Assembly (NCBI GenBank): GCA_964644375.1
Contig: CAZXWJ010000002.1
Coordinates: 1 to 53,873 of the forward strand
Length of the DNA: 53,873 nt
From: an uncultured Desulfobacteraceae bacterium
GTDB lineage: Bacteria > Desulfobacterota > DSM-4660 > Desulfatiglandales > HGW-15
Direction of reading: 5' to 3'
The notes under the pieces were generated by a model, which ran no database searches, was not told the DNA's origin, and worked only from the letters and a program-made list of their open reading frames with translations. Made by a program: the position numbers and the translations under genes. Positions 1 through 9,677 of this stretch are shown piece after piece (the first letter of the stretch is position 1; every line of letters begins with the position of its first letter).

Positions 1-467
1 AACCCAAGCTCGTCATTGCAGATGAACCCGTTTCGGCCCTGGATGTATCCATTCAGTCCCAGGTCCTGAACCTCCTCGTGGATCTGCGCAAGCAACTGGG
101 CCTCTCCATGATCTTTATTTCCCATGACCTGGCCGTGGTAGAGCACCTCTGCAACAGGATCGCCGTCATGTACCTCGGTGAAATCGTGGAGATGACGGAC
201 TGCCCTACCCTTTTTTCAGATCCCAAACACCCCTACACGGAAGCCCTGCTTTCGGCGATTCCGAGGCCCGATCCGACCTATCTCGGGAGCAGACGAATCG
301 TGCTGAACGGGGATATTCCCAGCCCGGAGAACCCGCCCGATGGCTGTCGTTTTCACACGCGGTGCAGCAGGGCAACGGCTTTGTGTGAGAGCCGAGCACC
401 TCAGGAATATTGGCTCGGCGGGTCCGATCGCCCCCATATGGTCCGCTGCCACCTCTATGCCCCATGA
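1..467 (+). CDS. Oligopeptide/dipeptide ABC transporter ATP-binding protein, C-terminal part (5' end lies outside the window)
   Basis: Frame 3 is open from the window edge (..[25 protein letters not shown]..). It shows a Walker B/D-loop '[12 protein letters not shown]', an H-loop 'ISHDL', the OppD/F-type C-terminal extension '[12 protein letters not shown]', and the Cys-rich '[13 protein letters not shown]'. The stop is at 465-467. Confidence 0.9.
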   Translation, partial: PKLVIADEPVSALDVSIQSQVLNLLVDLRKQLGLSMIFISHDLAVVEHLCNRIAVMYLGEIVEMTDCPTLFSDPKHPYTEALLSAIPRPDPTYLGSRRIVLNGDIPSPENPPDGCRFHTRCSRATALCESRAPQEYWLGGSDRPHMVRCHLYAP

Positions 468-700
468 TATTTTCAGAACCCCTTTTTTTGTCCTTGACGG
501 TCGGGGATAATTTTCTCATACTTTATGCGGCATAATTGCCGCGTTAAAAAAAGACGCTATACAAAAGGACATTTTCAACCGCACCGGACGGGCCTAAGAC
601 CGGGGAAGGCCACCTATAATGCGAACCATTTGCCGGATATCTCATAGGCACCTGAAGAGTCCGGGTGGGGAGACGGTATCCGACACAAAGGAGTCGGTTC

Positions 701-877
701 ATGCTACCCTTATTGTTCATCCTGATCATCACGGGGCTTGGTATTTTCATTACGTATTATCTCAGCAACGATATCAGTTGGTTCACCTATTACATCGGCG
801 GCGTCATCGGACTGCTCGTGAGCAGCCTTATCCTGGAAATCTGGACAAAACAAAAGAGGAAACAACACGACAAATGA
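701..877 (+). CDS. Small (58 aa) two-helix membrane protein, function unknown
   Basis: The ATG at 701 is preceded by AAGGAG 7 nt upstream. There are two hydrophobic helices (LPLLFILIITGLGIFITYY and YIGGVIGLLVSSLILEIW) and a basic tail, KQKRKQHDK. No family was recognised. Confidence 0.4.
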   Translation: MLPLLFILIITGLGIFITYYLSNDISWFTYYIGGVIGLLVSSLILEIWTKQKRKQHDK

Positions 878-1041
878 TTCATCGGCCGAGTTGCAAAACG
901 GATATACGGCCCTCTTTTTTTCAATAAACATCTCGGACCTCGATACCGGCGCCTTCTTCCACACCCCACCATCCCGTTCCAATTTCGAATCAACCATGGA
1001 TAGCGCGCCTTTGAGCCGAAAAAAAACACCCCTCAAATTAC

Positions 1042-1078
1042 TTTACACCTTGTAAAAAATCCTGACACATGTTAATAC
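1042..1078 (+). promoter_or_regulatory. Near-palindromic 16-mer overlapping a sigma70-like promoter
   Basis: TTTACACCTTGTAAAA lies at 1042-1057. It overlaps TTGTAA (1050-1055)-N17-TAATAC (1073-1078), about 300 nt upstream of the permease CDS. The same 16-mer, with one mismatch, recurs at 4715-4730. Confidence 0.3.
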
Positions 1079-1379
1079 TCAATAACATTTTCACACCATC
1101 CTGATTCGGGCGAAATTTATGGCTGGATCACGGCGTTGTTTGATGATGTGATTTTTTGTCCCGTTTGGTACGGGAAATGATTTATTACTGAGTGGGTTAT
1201 TTTTACTGCTGAGCTGACCATAACCCTATAGGAAGGCCTCTGCACCCTCCCCAGCCTTTTGAAAAGGCAGTGAAAACGAGCAGGGAGAAAATTTTTGAGG
1301 CATTCGGGGTATAGGGTTCTCTGGATCGACACTTGTTGCTGAGAAGAATCTGAGCGGAAACTGTTATAGAGGACGTTGA

Positions 1380-2684
1380 ATGGAAGGGGCACTTCTACCT
1401 ATTGTTGTCTTTGTCTTGGTGTACTTAGCGCTGACCTTTGAGTTGGTCAACAAGGCGGTCGCAGCGCTTCTGGGCGTGATGATCCTGTTTGTCTTTCGGA
1501 TCGTCGATGAGCACGCCGCCGCACAATTTATTGACTATGAGACCATCATGCTGCTGCTCGGCATGATGTCTATTGTCGCCATTTTGAAAAAATCCGGCTT
1601 TTTCAAAATCCTGTCGGTCAAGGTGGCGGAACTCACCAAGGGCAGCCCGCTGAAGATCCTGATTTTGTTCTCTATCGTCACGTCCGTGCTATCGGCCTTT
1701 CTGGACAATGTCACAACCGTCCTAATCATCATCCCCATTATCATCGAACTGACCGTCGGCATGGGGCTGGACCCGAAGATTTACGTCATCAGCCAGGCCA
1801 TCATCTCCAATGTAGGGGGCACGGCAACCCTCATCGGAGATCCTCCCAATATCATCATCGGCTCAAAGGTCGGCCTGACCTTCAATCAATTTGTCATCAA
1901 TCTGTCCATTCCCGTGATCATTTCCTTCTGTGTCGTGCTGCTCTACATCTGGATCACAAACAGGGAGCAGTTTCGTCCGGCCGATACGAATTTTACCCGG
2001 CTCTTCACGATCCACCTGCTCCTGGGAAAGATTCGCTTCGGATTCCTCAATACCAGGATCGACAAGGTCTTCCTTATAAAATCCCTGTCCTGTCTGGTGC
2101 TGGCCATTCTTCTCTTCGTGACCCAGACCGTCACGGGCCTCACCCCTGGCGTGGTGGCCATCCTGGTGGCCATGATCCTCTTTATTCTCAGCCGGGTCGA
2201 TGTGGAAAGCATGCTCGAAGAGGTCGAATGGAGCACGCTTCTCTTTTTCTCAGGGCTGTTCATCCTGGTGGGCGTGCTGGAGGAAAAGGGAGTGATCGAG
2301 TGGATCGCAGAAAATGTCTTTATGCGGGTCGGCGACAATCCCTATGTCCTTGTGCTAACCATTCTCTGGGTATCAGGCATCGTTTCAGGCTTCCTGGATA
2401 ACATTCCCTTTACCATCGCCATGATACCCATTGTGCGTTTGATGCTGGAAACCACCCCCGTCCCCAACGACATCCTCTGGTGGGCCCTTTCACTCGGGGC
2501 CTGCTTCGGGGGTAATCTGACCTATATCGGGGCCTCGGCGAACATCGTTTCCGTTGGAATGGCCAAACAGAACAACGTGGACATCACTTTTTGGGAATTC
2601 ATGAAAACGAGCGCCCTGGTGACCATCCTCACCCTGGCGGTCGCATCACTTTTCCTCGTAGGGTATTTGTGGGTATCGTTATGA
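1380..2684 (+). CDS. ArsB/NhaD-superfamily permease (YbiR/CitMHS-like anion or Na+-coupled transporter)
   Basis: The 434-aa product is hydrophobic throughout. It has an internal two-fold repeat with matching re-entrant motifs, 'SAFLDNVTTVLIIIPI' and 'SGFLDNIPFTIAMIPI', plus 'GGTATLIGDPPNIIIG' and 'GGNLTYIGASANIV'. Confidence 0.8.
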   Translation: MEGALLPIVVFVLVYLALTFELVNKAVAALLGVMILFVFRIVDEHAAAQFIDYETIMLLLGMMSIVAILKKSGFFKILSVKVAELTKGSPLKILILFSIVTSVLSAFLDNVTTVLIIIPIIIELTVGMGLDPKIYVISQAIISNVGGTATLIGDPPNIIIGSKVGLTFNQFVINLSIPVIISFCVVLLYIWITNREQFRPADTNFTRLFTIHLLLGKIRFGFLNTRIDKVFLIKSLSCLVLAILLFVTQTVTGLTPGVVAILVAMILFILSRVDVESMLEEVEWSTLLFFSGLFILVGVLEEKGVIEWIAENVFMRVGDNPYVLVLTILWVSGIVSGFLDNIPFTIAMIPIVRLMLETTPVPNDILWWALSLGACFGGNLTYIGASANIVSVGMAKQNNVDITFWEFMKTSALVTILTLAVASLFLVGYLWVSL

Positions 2685-3613
2685 AAGCAGAAGAAAAGGA
2701 AAATCTGTACGGACTGCTTAGGGATTCGGGAGACGTGCTGGGCACATCCCGGGCCACGATGGTGGCGCTCGGGGCCATGATCGATGTCATCAAATCGTTG
2801 AAGTGCTCGGAGGACAACGTCGGGGAACTGTATCAGGAATTCGTGGACGTGGTCAAAAGCTCTCAACCTAAAATTGTTCCTCTCTTGCAACTGATCAGGG
2901 AATTTGAGCGGGAATCCAAGGCCTACCTGAACGCTGACCTTCAAGACCGGCGTAAGCAGGCCGTCGAGATCCTCGAACGAAAGCTCAAATCATACCGGGC
3001 CAGTATCAAGAGGGTTATTGAAAACGGCACCCCCCTGGTCCAAGACGGGGAGATGATCGTCGTTCACATGGCAAGTTACATGGTGACCAATCTCCTCATC
3101 AGGGCCAAACAGGCCTTGAAGCGAAAATTCAAGGTTATCATTCTTCAGCAGCTTGTCGTGCGATCAAAACAGGCGATAAATGCGCTGACAGATGTGGGCA
3201 TCGAACATATCATCGCCCCGGCTCACGATCTCGGTCATTATCTGGAGAGCAGCAACAAATTATTTGCCGCGGCGGCCACGATCACCAAAGACCGCAAGGT
3301 CATGGCGGCCGCCGGCACCGCGAACATCGTCAACTCCTGCAATCTGAACGGGATTCCCGCCTATCTCCTGGCTCCTTCCTATCATTTCTTCAACGGCACC
3401 TGTGATGAGCTCAACATTCATGAAGCAAATGAAGAAATCTGCGATGAGGACTGCCAATACAACCTGATGTCCCATTCCCACGACCTCTTGGACGTGAACC
3501 GCTTTGACTTCTTCATCAATGAACACGGCATCATGGAAAAGGAAGCATTTATGGCTCAGTATATGGATGATGGAGATCCCGACCAGGACAAACGGCGAGC
3601 GGCCGTCCCTTGA
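2681..3613 (+). CDS. eIF-2B alpha/beta/delta-family (sugar-phosphate isomerase-like) protein, divergent
   Basis: The ATG at 2681 overlaps the permease stop (ATGA). The C-terminal Rossmann-like half, 'MIVVHMASYMV..KFKVIILQ..GIEHIIAP..LFAAAATITKDRKVMAAAGTANIVNSCNLNGIPAYLLAPSYHF', follows the IF-2B family pattern. The canonical 'GAD' is replaced by 'AAA'. Confidence 0.55.
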   Translation: MKAEEKENLYGLLRDSGDVLGTSRATMVALGAMIDVIKSLKCSEDNVGELYQEFVDVVKSSQPKIVPLLQLIREFERESKAYLNADLQDRRKQAVEILERKLKSYRASIKRVIENGTPLVQDGEMIVVHMASYMVTNLLIRAKQALKRKFKVIILQQLVVRSKQAINALTDVGIEHIIAPAHDLGHYLESSNKLFAAAATITKDRKVMAAAGTANIVNSCNLNGIPAYLLAPSYHFFNGTCDELNIHEANEEICDEDCQYNLMSHSHDLLDVNRFDFFINEHGIMEKEAFMAQYMDDGDPDQDKRRAAVP

Positions 3614-3620
3614 AGATGAA

Positions 3621-3654
3621 GGTCGGTCATCCCCCGATTCAGGAATGACCGACC
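3621..3654. terminator. Perfect 10-bp stem-loop between convergent genes (putative bidirectional terminator)
   Basis: GGTCGGTCAT (3621-3630), a 14-nt loop, then ATGACCGACC (3645-3654). It sits between the stops at 3613 (+) and 3692 (-). There is no strong U-tract on either strand. Confidence 0.4.
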
Positions 3655-3691
3655 AAAATGACCATAGCGGCGAGAGGAATATCCCTCTCTT

Positions 3692-4459
3692 CTAGTTGGC
3701 GACCCTGGAAAAGGCCGGGACTTCACTTGTGAATTTTTTCTGAAAGGACAGGGAAACGAGTTCAGCGGCGCAATGGGCATTCTGAATATGGTCGCCGTTT
3801 ATGATGAGATCGAATTCATAGGCCGGTGCGCTCCTTTTTCCGTATACATTTCTGAAAAACGCCCCCTGCTCCCTGTCCACTTGATCCAGAATCTCTTCGG
3901 CCCGCTTCTCACTGATATCGCCGACCCTCACGATTCTCTTGATTCGATATTCCCTTGAGGCGACAATTCTTACGGCCAGCACCCTGTCTCGGGGTAGTGC
4001 CAGATGAATCCCTCGGCCCACGAAAACGGCAGGGCCCAGCCCCGCCATGGAAAACACCACATCAAACAGATGCCTGATATAGTCTGATTGTACGAAGGAT
4101 CTTTCCCCGAAGGCCATGGAGATGAATTCCCGAAGCTTTCCCGGGTAGCGCCCGTCAAAAAGACGGACGGTCTTATCGCTCAGCTTCGCCTCGTCCGCGA
4201 TATGTTCTATTATTTCCCGATTGAGGACCGGGTATCCGATCATCTCACCCAAGGTCTCTGCGATCTCCAGGGCACCGGCCCCGATCTTTCGCGAAAGACA
4301 TATGGCAGGGGGAAGACTTTCGAAATCATCTTTGCTTTTCCAGTCGAATCGTCTTTCTTCCCACTTCCGAATATATTGATTGGCCAAATCAGCAATACTA
4401 TAACCTTTTTTCACATGAAAACCGAGCCTATGCTCCATATTATCAGCGTGCAAATTCAT
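3692..4459 (-). CDS. Cytidylate kinase-like family protein
   Basis: The start was chosen at ATG 4459 (MNLHADN..), 5 nt downstream of a GAGGAGGA Shine-Dalgarno. 'ICLSRKIGAGALEIAETLGEMIGYPVLNREIIEHIA' and the overall length (about 255 aa) match the degenerate-P-loop cytidylate-kinase-like family. Confidence 0.65.
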   Translation of the reverse strand: MNLHADNMEHRLGFHVKKGYSIADLANQYIRKWEERRFDWKSKDDFESLPPAICLSRKIGAGALEIAETLGEMIGYPVLNREIIEHIADEAKLSDKTVRLFDGRYPGKLREFISMAFGERSFVQSDYIRHLFDVVFSMAGLGPAVFVGRGIHLALPRDRVLAVRIVASREYRIKRIVRVGDISEKRAEEILDQVDREQGAFFRNVYGKRSAPAYEFDLIINGDHIQNAHCAAELVSLSFQKKFTSEVPAFSRVAN

Positions 4460-4714
4460 TTCATCCTCCTCTTCTGAATCTTTACAGCAACCGATCTGTT
4501 TCATTCTCACTGAAAAACCTACTCCTAATCTCAGAAATCGTTCTCTCTTCAGGGCCTAAAAGAACAGCAGATGAACATGGTCAGGCTGACACTGCACTAT
4601 TTTCACGTTCAACCCTCAAAGGATTGATTTATTTCACATCCCCGCTCCTTTTCCAGAATCCGAATATCAAAACAAAAAGAGTATACCAGAAAAGCTCCAC
4701 AAATGTCAGCTTTT

Positions 4715-4751
4715 TTTACACATTGTAAAACATTTTTTTTACGACATAAAG
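4715..4751 (+). promoter_or_regulatory. Second copy of the 16-mer near-palindrome, with a promoter-like context
   Basis: TTTACACATTGTAAAA lies at 4715-4730, matching the 1042-1057 copy at 15 of 16 positions. TTGTAA (4723-4728) is followed 16-17 nt later by CATAAA/ATAAAG. It sits in a 1.2-kb gene-free gap. Confidence 0.25.
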
Positions 4752-5727
4752 ACAACATAAAAGACCTCGGCATAAAACGAAATCGATCGCCCTGTTGAGG
4801 CGACCGGCAACAGTCTGGAAAATTGACGGCTTAGTTTAAAACTCTAAAAACGTCTAAATTAAACCTATTTAATATTTTTTTATTTAATTTACCGTCTTGG
4901 TGTGACCGGCTGAAGTGGTAGGACCCTTTCATTTTTCACCGGTAAGGCATGCCGAACAAGTGAAAAGTGACGACTGGAGTGTTTGAGCTATGCGCCGCAT
5001 CTTTGCGTTTCATAAAAACGGGAGTGATTTACTTCGCACCCACGCCCACCTGGCAGGGCTCTAGCGTTTAATTTTTCAGGTCGGGCAGGATGCCCCGTGC
5101 ATTCCGGATCGATCTGCGCCTCTCGCAATCCAATCAAAAAACCTTTTCATGAACCCCGATCTTTGAGAGGACTTTATACACGATGCTGAAACACCGTCAT
5201 CCTTTTCTTTATATTCATTCTCATTGTCAGACATCATCGAGCCCTTCTCCTTTCAACCATAAATTTATAAAGCCCTTCCCAGACATTGTCCGCCCTATAC
5301 AAGGTCTTTCGGGCCTCCTGCAAGCCGCCATTCCTGTCAGTTTCATCTCATGCTCCTTGTTCCGTAAGAGTCATAGTTTAATCCCGATGCTTTCTGCAGA
5401 TATCGAATTTCTGGAACCAGCTCGCGAATTAATTGCAAAATAGAGGGCATAAAACACTTTAAATACACCCCAAAAGATGGTAGATTTAGCATTATTTATG
5501 AAATTTTTCTGCTGAATTTTTTCATGCCGATCCATTGATCTTTCCAGCGGATAGAAATCTGTTGAGGCGGTGAAACCTTTGCCAGTGCGCAATTTTCAGT
5601 GCATCACCGATTTCACCCCTCGGCACGGCCATTTTTTCCCATACCGCCCGTTTCCACTCACTTCCCCAAAATGGCCACTCAACCTTCAACCTACCTTATT
5701 TCACCTATAAAATATCGGGGGATTAAA

Positions 5728-7170
5728 ATGAAAAGAGATCGCCACGAACCGCATCCCTCCGTCAACCATTTAAAGCCCGGGTTAATCTTTTCATTGACTC
5801 TTTTTATATTTCTTCTCTTTGTTATGCCGTCCCATTCAAAAGCGAATAATGGATCCGAAAATATCCCCGGTGAGCAGCCGCAGCTTATCATGATTGCAGT
5901 CGGAGACAGTATTGGCGAAGGTGTTCAATCGGGAGACGCAAATATCGCGACGCAAATGTTCAGTTACCCTCGCCTGCTGGCCAGCTATGCCGGTTTTCCT
6001 TTCAGTCTTCCTCTGCTTTCAACCAATCCATTCGGCCTTGTTGGAGACACATCGGTTCGGTCCCGACTTGATTCTTCCCTTAACGCCCTTAACCTCGCCG
6101 TATCCGGTTCCGACGTCCATTCCTTGCTGTACGACCGGGCCGACGCACCGACCGAAATGGAGATCGATTCAGAGACCGACCTCGTGCTCTTCCCTCGGCA
6201 GGGGAGCCAGATAGAAATCGCCGAGCAAATTGCCCGGCATATCCCGGCTTTCATTGCATGCTGGATTGGAAATAACGATGTTCTCTCAGCCGCAATATCC
6301 TTTGACCGGCTGGATGCCTCTCAAATGACCCCTGTTGCAGAATTCGATACCGACTTTGCGGAGATAGTGGAAAGACTGGATGCAACGGGCATGCCTCTTA
6401 TTTTTGCAAATATTCCAGATGTCACAAACATGGCCTTTCTTATGAATCGGGAAGATCTGACACATTTCTTAGGATCTGACTACGGATTACCCGAAGGCGC
6501 TTTCACAAGTATTGTCGCCATGTTTCTCATCAAGCTGGGACTGGACGACGGCAGCATTGTCCTGAACCCCGACTTTGTTCTTGATGCTCATGAAGTTGAA
6601 CTGATTCAACAGCGAATCGATATTTTCAATCAGATAATAGAGGAGATAACCGCGTCCTACAACCATCCTCTTGTCGATGTTCATACCCTGTTCCATTACT
6701 ATTCAGAAAATCCCCCGTCCTTTTTCGGCATCCCTGTTTCGGAACGTTTTCTTGGAGGTCTATTCAGTCTTGATGGCGTACACCCATCCAATCTGGGGCA
6801 CATACTCATTGTCCAGGCCTTTATCAAAAAGATGAACGACCATTTCAATATCAACATTCCACCGGTCAGTCAGACCTTACTGGATCAGATTTTTTTAAAT
6901 GATCCTTTTATCGACAAGGACGGTGACGGCAGGGTCAAGGGGCGCTTCGGTTTGGGGACACTTGAAACCTTGGGACCTTTTCTGGGGATATCCAGAGACC
7001 TGGATGACGCGATTCCCTCCACCCCTGCACCGGAGAGTTTCACGAGTGAAGACGAAGCGTTCAAGCCACCCGAAACCTTACCTGATGGGAGACCTCTACC
7101 GAAGGTGCCACAATGGACGAGAAAGGGTCTCATTGAGGCATTCAAAAACATATTCGGGTCTCATCTTTAA
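5728..7170 (+). CDS. Secreted SGNH/GDSL-family hydrolase (lipase/esterase)
   Basis: The start was chosen at ATG 5728 (GGGGGA upstream). The signal peptide is 'LIFSLTLFIFLLFVMPSHSKA'. Block I is 'IAVGDSIGEG' and block V is 'DGVHPSNLGH'. A DKDGDG calcium-loop-like motif lies in the C-terminal tail. Confidence 0.75.
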   Translation: MKRDRHEPHPSVNHLKPGLIFSLTLFIFLLFVMPSHSKANNGSENIPGEQPQLIMIAVGDSIGEGVQSGDANIATQMFSYPRLLASYAGFPFSLPLLSTNPFGLVGDTSVRSRLDSSLNALNLAVSGSDVHSLLYDRADAPTEMEIDSETDLVLFPRQGSQIEIAEQIARHIPAFIACWIGNNDVLSAAISFDRLDASQMTPVAEFDTDFAEIVERLDATGMPLIFANIPDVTNMAFLMNREDLTHFLGSDYGLPEGAFTSIVAMFLIKLGLDDGSIVLNPDFVLDAHEVELIQQRIDIFNQIIEEITASYNHPLVDVHTLFHYYSENPPSFFGIPVSERFLGGLFSLDGVHPSNLGHILIVQAFIKKMNDHFNINIPPVSQTLLDQIFLNDPFIDKDGDGRVKGRFGLGTLETLGPFLGISRDLDDAIPSTPAPESFTSEDEAFKPPETLPDGRPLPKVPQWTRKGLIEAFKNIFGSHL

Positions 7171-7250
7171 AAACTCCTATCTGTTGAGAACGGGAACACG
7201 AAGGCACCGAACCCCGGTTTAAGGGGCAGGATGACTTTCTTTTAGCAGGG

Positions 7251-7283
7251 GGGACCGTGAAAGGGTCCCGACTTGATTTTTTT
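7251..7283 (+). terminator. Rho-independent terminator candidate after the SGNH hydrolase
   Basis: GGGACC (7251-7256), a 7-nt loop, GGTCCC (7264-7269), then a T7 run at 7277-7283. Confidence 0.4.
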
Positions 7284-7333
7284 AAAAGGCCAACGGGGGC
7301 TGATCAGGCAGTCTCCAGGCTTATTCATACGCT

Positions 7334-9532
7334 TTAATTCATCAATGCCTGAATCCACAAAGGTCTTTCCGGGCCTTTACCCAAGTGTAACATCTCGTCC
7401 CATTTTTCATCCGTCAGTCTATCCGTCATGGGCCACTTGAATTCATAGTAGGAGAATACCGGGCCGGCCCCCAAAACCATGCCGCCATCAGGGCGTCTGA
7501 GAACAACCAGCATGGTGTTGACATAGCCCACTCCCTCCTCAAGGACCTCACCGCTGTTAAGGTCGGTATGCACATCAGCTATGGTAAGCGTGCGCTTGCC
7601 TTTCCGGCCTATACCGCGAGTCGCCCCTTCAAGGAGTTCCCCAAAATCCCTGATAAATTCCAAATCCCTACCTGACAATGCCTCGCCTTTCAATTCATTT
7701 CTTGATATCTGCACCAGTCGGTCCAATATCTTACCCAGGAACCGGAGCCTTTTTCTTACCAAATCCTCCAAGACTCCCCAGGCAAGCAGGTTCTTTTCCA
7801 TCCTAAGCGTGAAGTCCCGGAGCCTTGCGTACAATTCGGGAAGAGGTTCGACCGAACCGGGGGGACCTGCTTCCTTTACGGGCATTGCGGCGGTGGGGGT
7901 GTAACTGGGTTTGGCATATAAGATGGTATCGTGCCGGAGTTGCGCCCAAGAGGCGAGGGCAGTGTGGAGTTGCTTTTCTCGCCAGGCATCCGTTTGCATA
8001 AATAAAGGATGACCTTTTCCAGGTGTTTCCATCAGCAGGCTCTTCAGGCTATAGAGCCAGTTCCAGTAAAGGTTTTGGGTCCATTTCGTTGTTTCAATTC
8101 TTCCAAACTTTTTTTCAAGGCTATTGAACGCCGCATCATACCCCTTGTAATCGGCGTCGCCCTCGAATCTGAGAATCTGCTTGGCCCGGTTCGAACCCAG
8201 CAGGGCCATAAGGTCCAATCCTCGCGGAAATCCTCTGATTGACGCACCATGGGATCTGACCATAGTGAACGGAGATTTATTTGCCGTATATGTGAGATTG
8301 ACCAAATTCTGAAACACGTAGGAGTCGGGGATAAAACGCTGACCCATGAGTCGCATTCCTTGCATCTCACCCAAGCATCTTTCCACCTTCTCCTTTGTAA
8401 TGGGTGGCCTCATGACACAGTCCCCGGTTCCCCCGAAAATCTTCGGTCGGTCAAGGCCTGCCAATTTCGCCTTCACCTCGAGCAGGATATCCCTGTTTTC
8501 ATTTAACGCCATACGAAAGGTATCTATCCCCGCTTCTTCCATGGCTTTTCTATAGTCGACGGGGGTCAAATCATCTGCCGACCCGACAAAAAACCCGGTG
8601 ACGGCGTATATACTTTTCCAAATTTCTGCAGCGGTCCGCTCCCCGATCCTCACCCTGGGAAGGGATGCGGCGATAAGACAGGCTTGCAGGGTCTGGACTT
8701 CGGCATCGTCTCTAGAAATGAGGCCTCCCTTCAGGAGAAAGCCCATTCGGCCATACCACGACATGGCCTTGAAATAGTTCTTTAGGGCCTCATTCCGAGC
8801 ATAATATCCTCTTGGAACATATTGTGAAAAGTCTTCCCTGTATTTAAAAATGTTACTCCTTGAAAAACCTCGATGGTTCTCTATGTTCTGAATTTCACCA
8901 ATCACATCCTTTTCGACGGATTTGGGAACAAATGCCTCCGGGTCCTGCAACTTGAGTCCCACGGAGAAGAATGCCACATTCCTTCTTGCGGCCTCCTTCA
9001 ACGCGCCCTTCGTCGTTTCAAAGGCCTTGCGGGCGTCTTCCAGCATGGCCCTGCTGATCTCTCTTAAACGGGGGATGAGATGTCTTTCCTCAATCTCCAC
9101 AAGCGCCTGCACGAATTGGAGGTGAAGAAGATGGAGTACACTGTCGGAGGTAACAAAGATGGGGATACCCTCTCTTTTCAATATCCCGTAAACTTTTATC
9201 ATATCGCCGGATCGAGGAGTATCATCCACCATCAAAAAGCCATTTTTCAATAGAAAGGATTTTCCGCCTTCACTGAGACGAAAAATCCGGGATATGCGAT
9301 CCCAGTTATCCATTTGATTCAGGTCCAGAAGCACATTGCCTTGCAATCGTTTACCCTTGTAAGAACGCTTTTGGTCTCTGGAAAAAGACACGGAAATCTT
9401 CTCGAGCCCTCTTGAAGAAAAACCAACACTCGGAGTCCTGTCTCCGGGTTCTGCTCGGGCAAAACCTGAGAAGAGCCATGACACCGCCATCAGGGTAGCA
9501 AGATATTTTTTCTTATTTGTTTCCCGAAACAT
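7334..9532 (-). CDS. Exported DUF3160-like protein (732 aa), function unknown
   Basis: The signal peptide is 'LATLMAVSWLFSGFARAEP'. The size and sequence character (..NLYWNWLYSLKSLL.., ..WAQLRHDTILYAKPSY..) match my recollection of the DUF3160 family. The family call is from memory only. Confidence 0.6.
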   Translation of the reverse strand: MFRETNKKKYLATLMAVSWLFSGFARAEPGDRTPSVGFSSRGLEKISVSFSRDQKRSYKGKRLQGNVLLDLNQMDNWDRISRIFRLSEGGKSFLLKNGFLMVDDTPRSGDMIKVYGILKREGIPIFVTSDSVLHLLHLQFVQALVEIEERHLIPRLREISRAMLEDARKAFETTKGALKEAARRNVAFFSVGLKLQDPEAFVPKSVEKDVIGEIQNIENHRGFSRSNIFKYREDFSQYVPRGYYARNEALKNYFKAMSWYGRMGFLLKGGLISRDDAEVQTLQACLIAASLPRVRIGERTAAEIWKSIYAVTGFFVGSADDLTPVDYRKAMEEAGIDTFRMALNENRDILLEVKAKLAGLDRPKIFGGTGDCVMRPPITKEKVERCLGEMQGMRLMGQRFIPDSYVFQNLVNLTYTANKSPFTMVRSHGASIRGFPRGLDLMALLGSNRAKQILRFEGDADYKGYDAAFNSLEKKFGRIETTKWTQNLYWNWLYSLKSLLMETPGKGHPLFMQTDAWREKQLHTALASWAQLRHDTILYAKPSYTPTAAMPVKEAGPPGSVEPLPELYARLRDFTLRMEKNLLAWGVLEDLVRKRLRFLGKILDRLVQISRNELKGEALSGRDLEFIRDFGELLEGATRGIGRKGKRTLTIADVHTDLNSGEVLEEGVGYVNTMLVVLRRPDGGMVLGAGPVFSYYEFKWPMTDRLTDEKWDEMLHLGKGPERPLWIQALMN

Positions 9533-9608
9533 TTTAAGGTCTTATAAAATCTTACCCCAAAGGGACGATCAATATTAAGATGTTGCAATGGGCTTTCCTT
9601 GCCGCCTC

Positions 9609-9653
9609 AAAACCCCCGAGGGCAACCTACCAATACGGGTAGAATTGCCCTCG
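9609..9653 (-). terminator. Rho-independent terminator after the small exported protein gene
   Basis: The arms are CGAGGGCAA (9617-9625) and TTGCCCTCG (9645-9653), extended by an inner CTACC/GGTAG pairing. On the minus strand the hairpin is followed by GGGGGTTTTGAGG (A-run 9609-9612 on the plus strand). Confidence 0.6.
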
Positions 9654-9677
9654 CATGTAAAACAGAACGCAACTTGA

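Noticed and set aside
527-542. The hairpin GCGGCA-TAAT-TGCCGC after the ABC ATPase gene, considered as a terminator
   Set aside because: It is followed by an A-run rather than a T-run on the coding strand. The stem is only 6 bp, so it was not annotated as a terminator.
5051-5065. The sigma54-like TGGCAGGGCTCTAGC
   Set aside because: The spacing is correct but the -12 box is TAGC and no gene lies nearby. It is mentioned only as a weak element of the 4.5-5.7 kb gap.
5599-5727. A 43-codon N-terminal extension of the SGNH hydrolase ORF (GTG start)
   Set aside because: The internal ATG at 5728 has a ribosome-binding site and yields a canonical signal peptide. The extension is Pro/His-rich and would bury the signal peptide.
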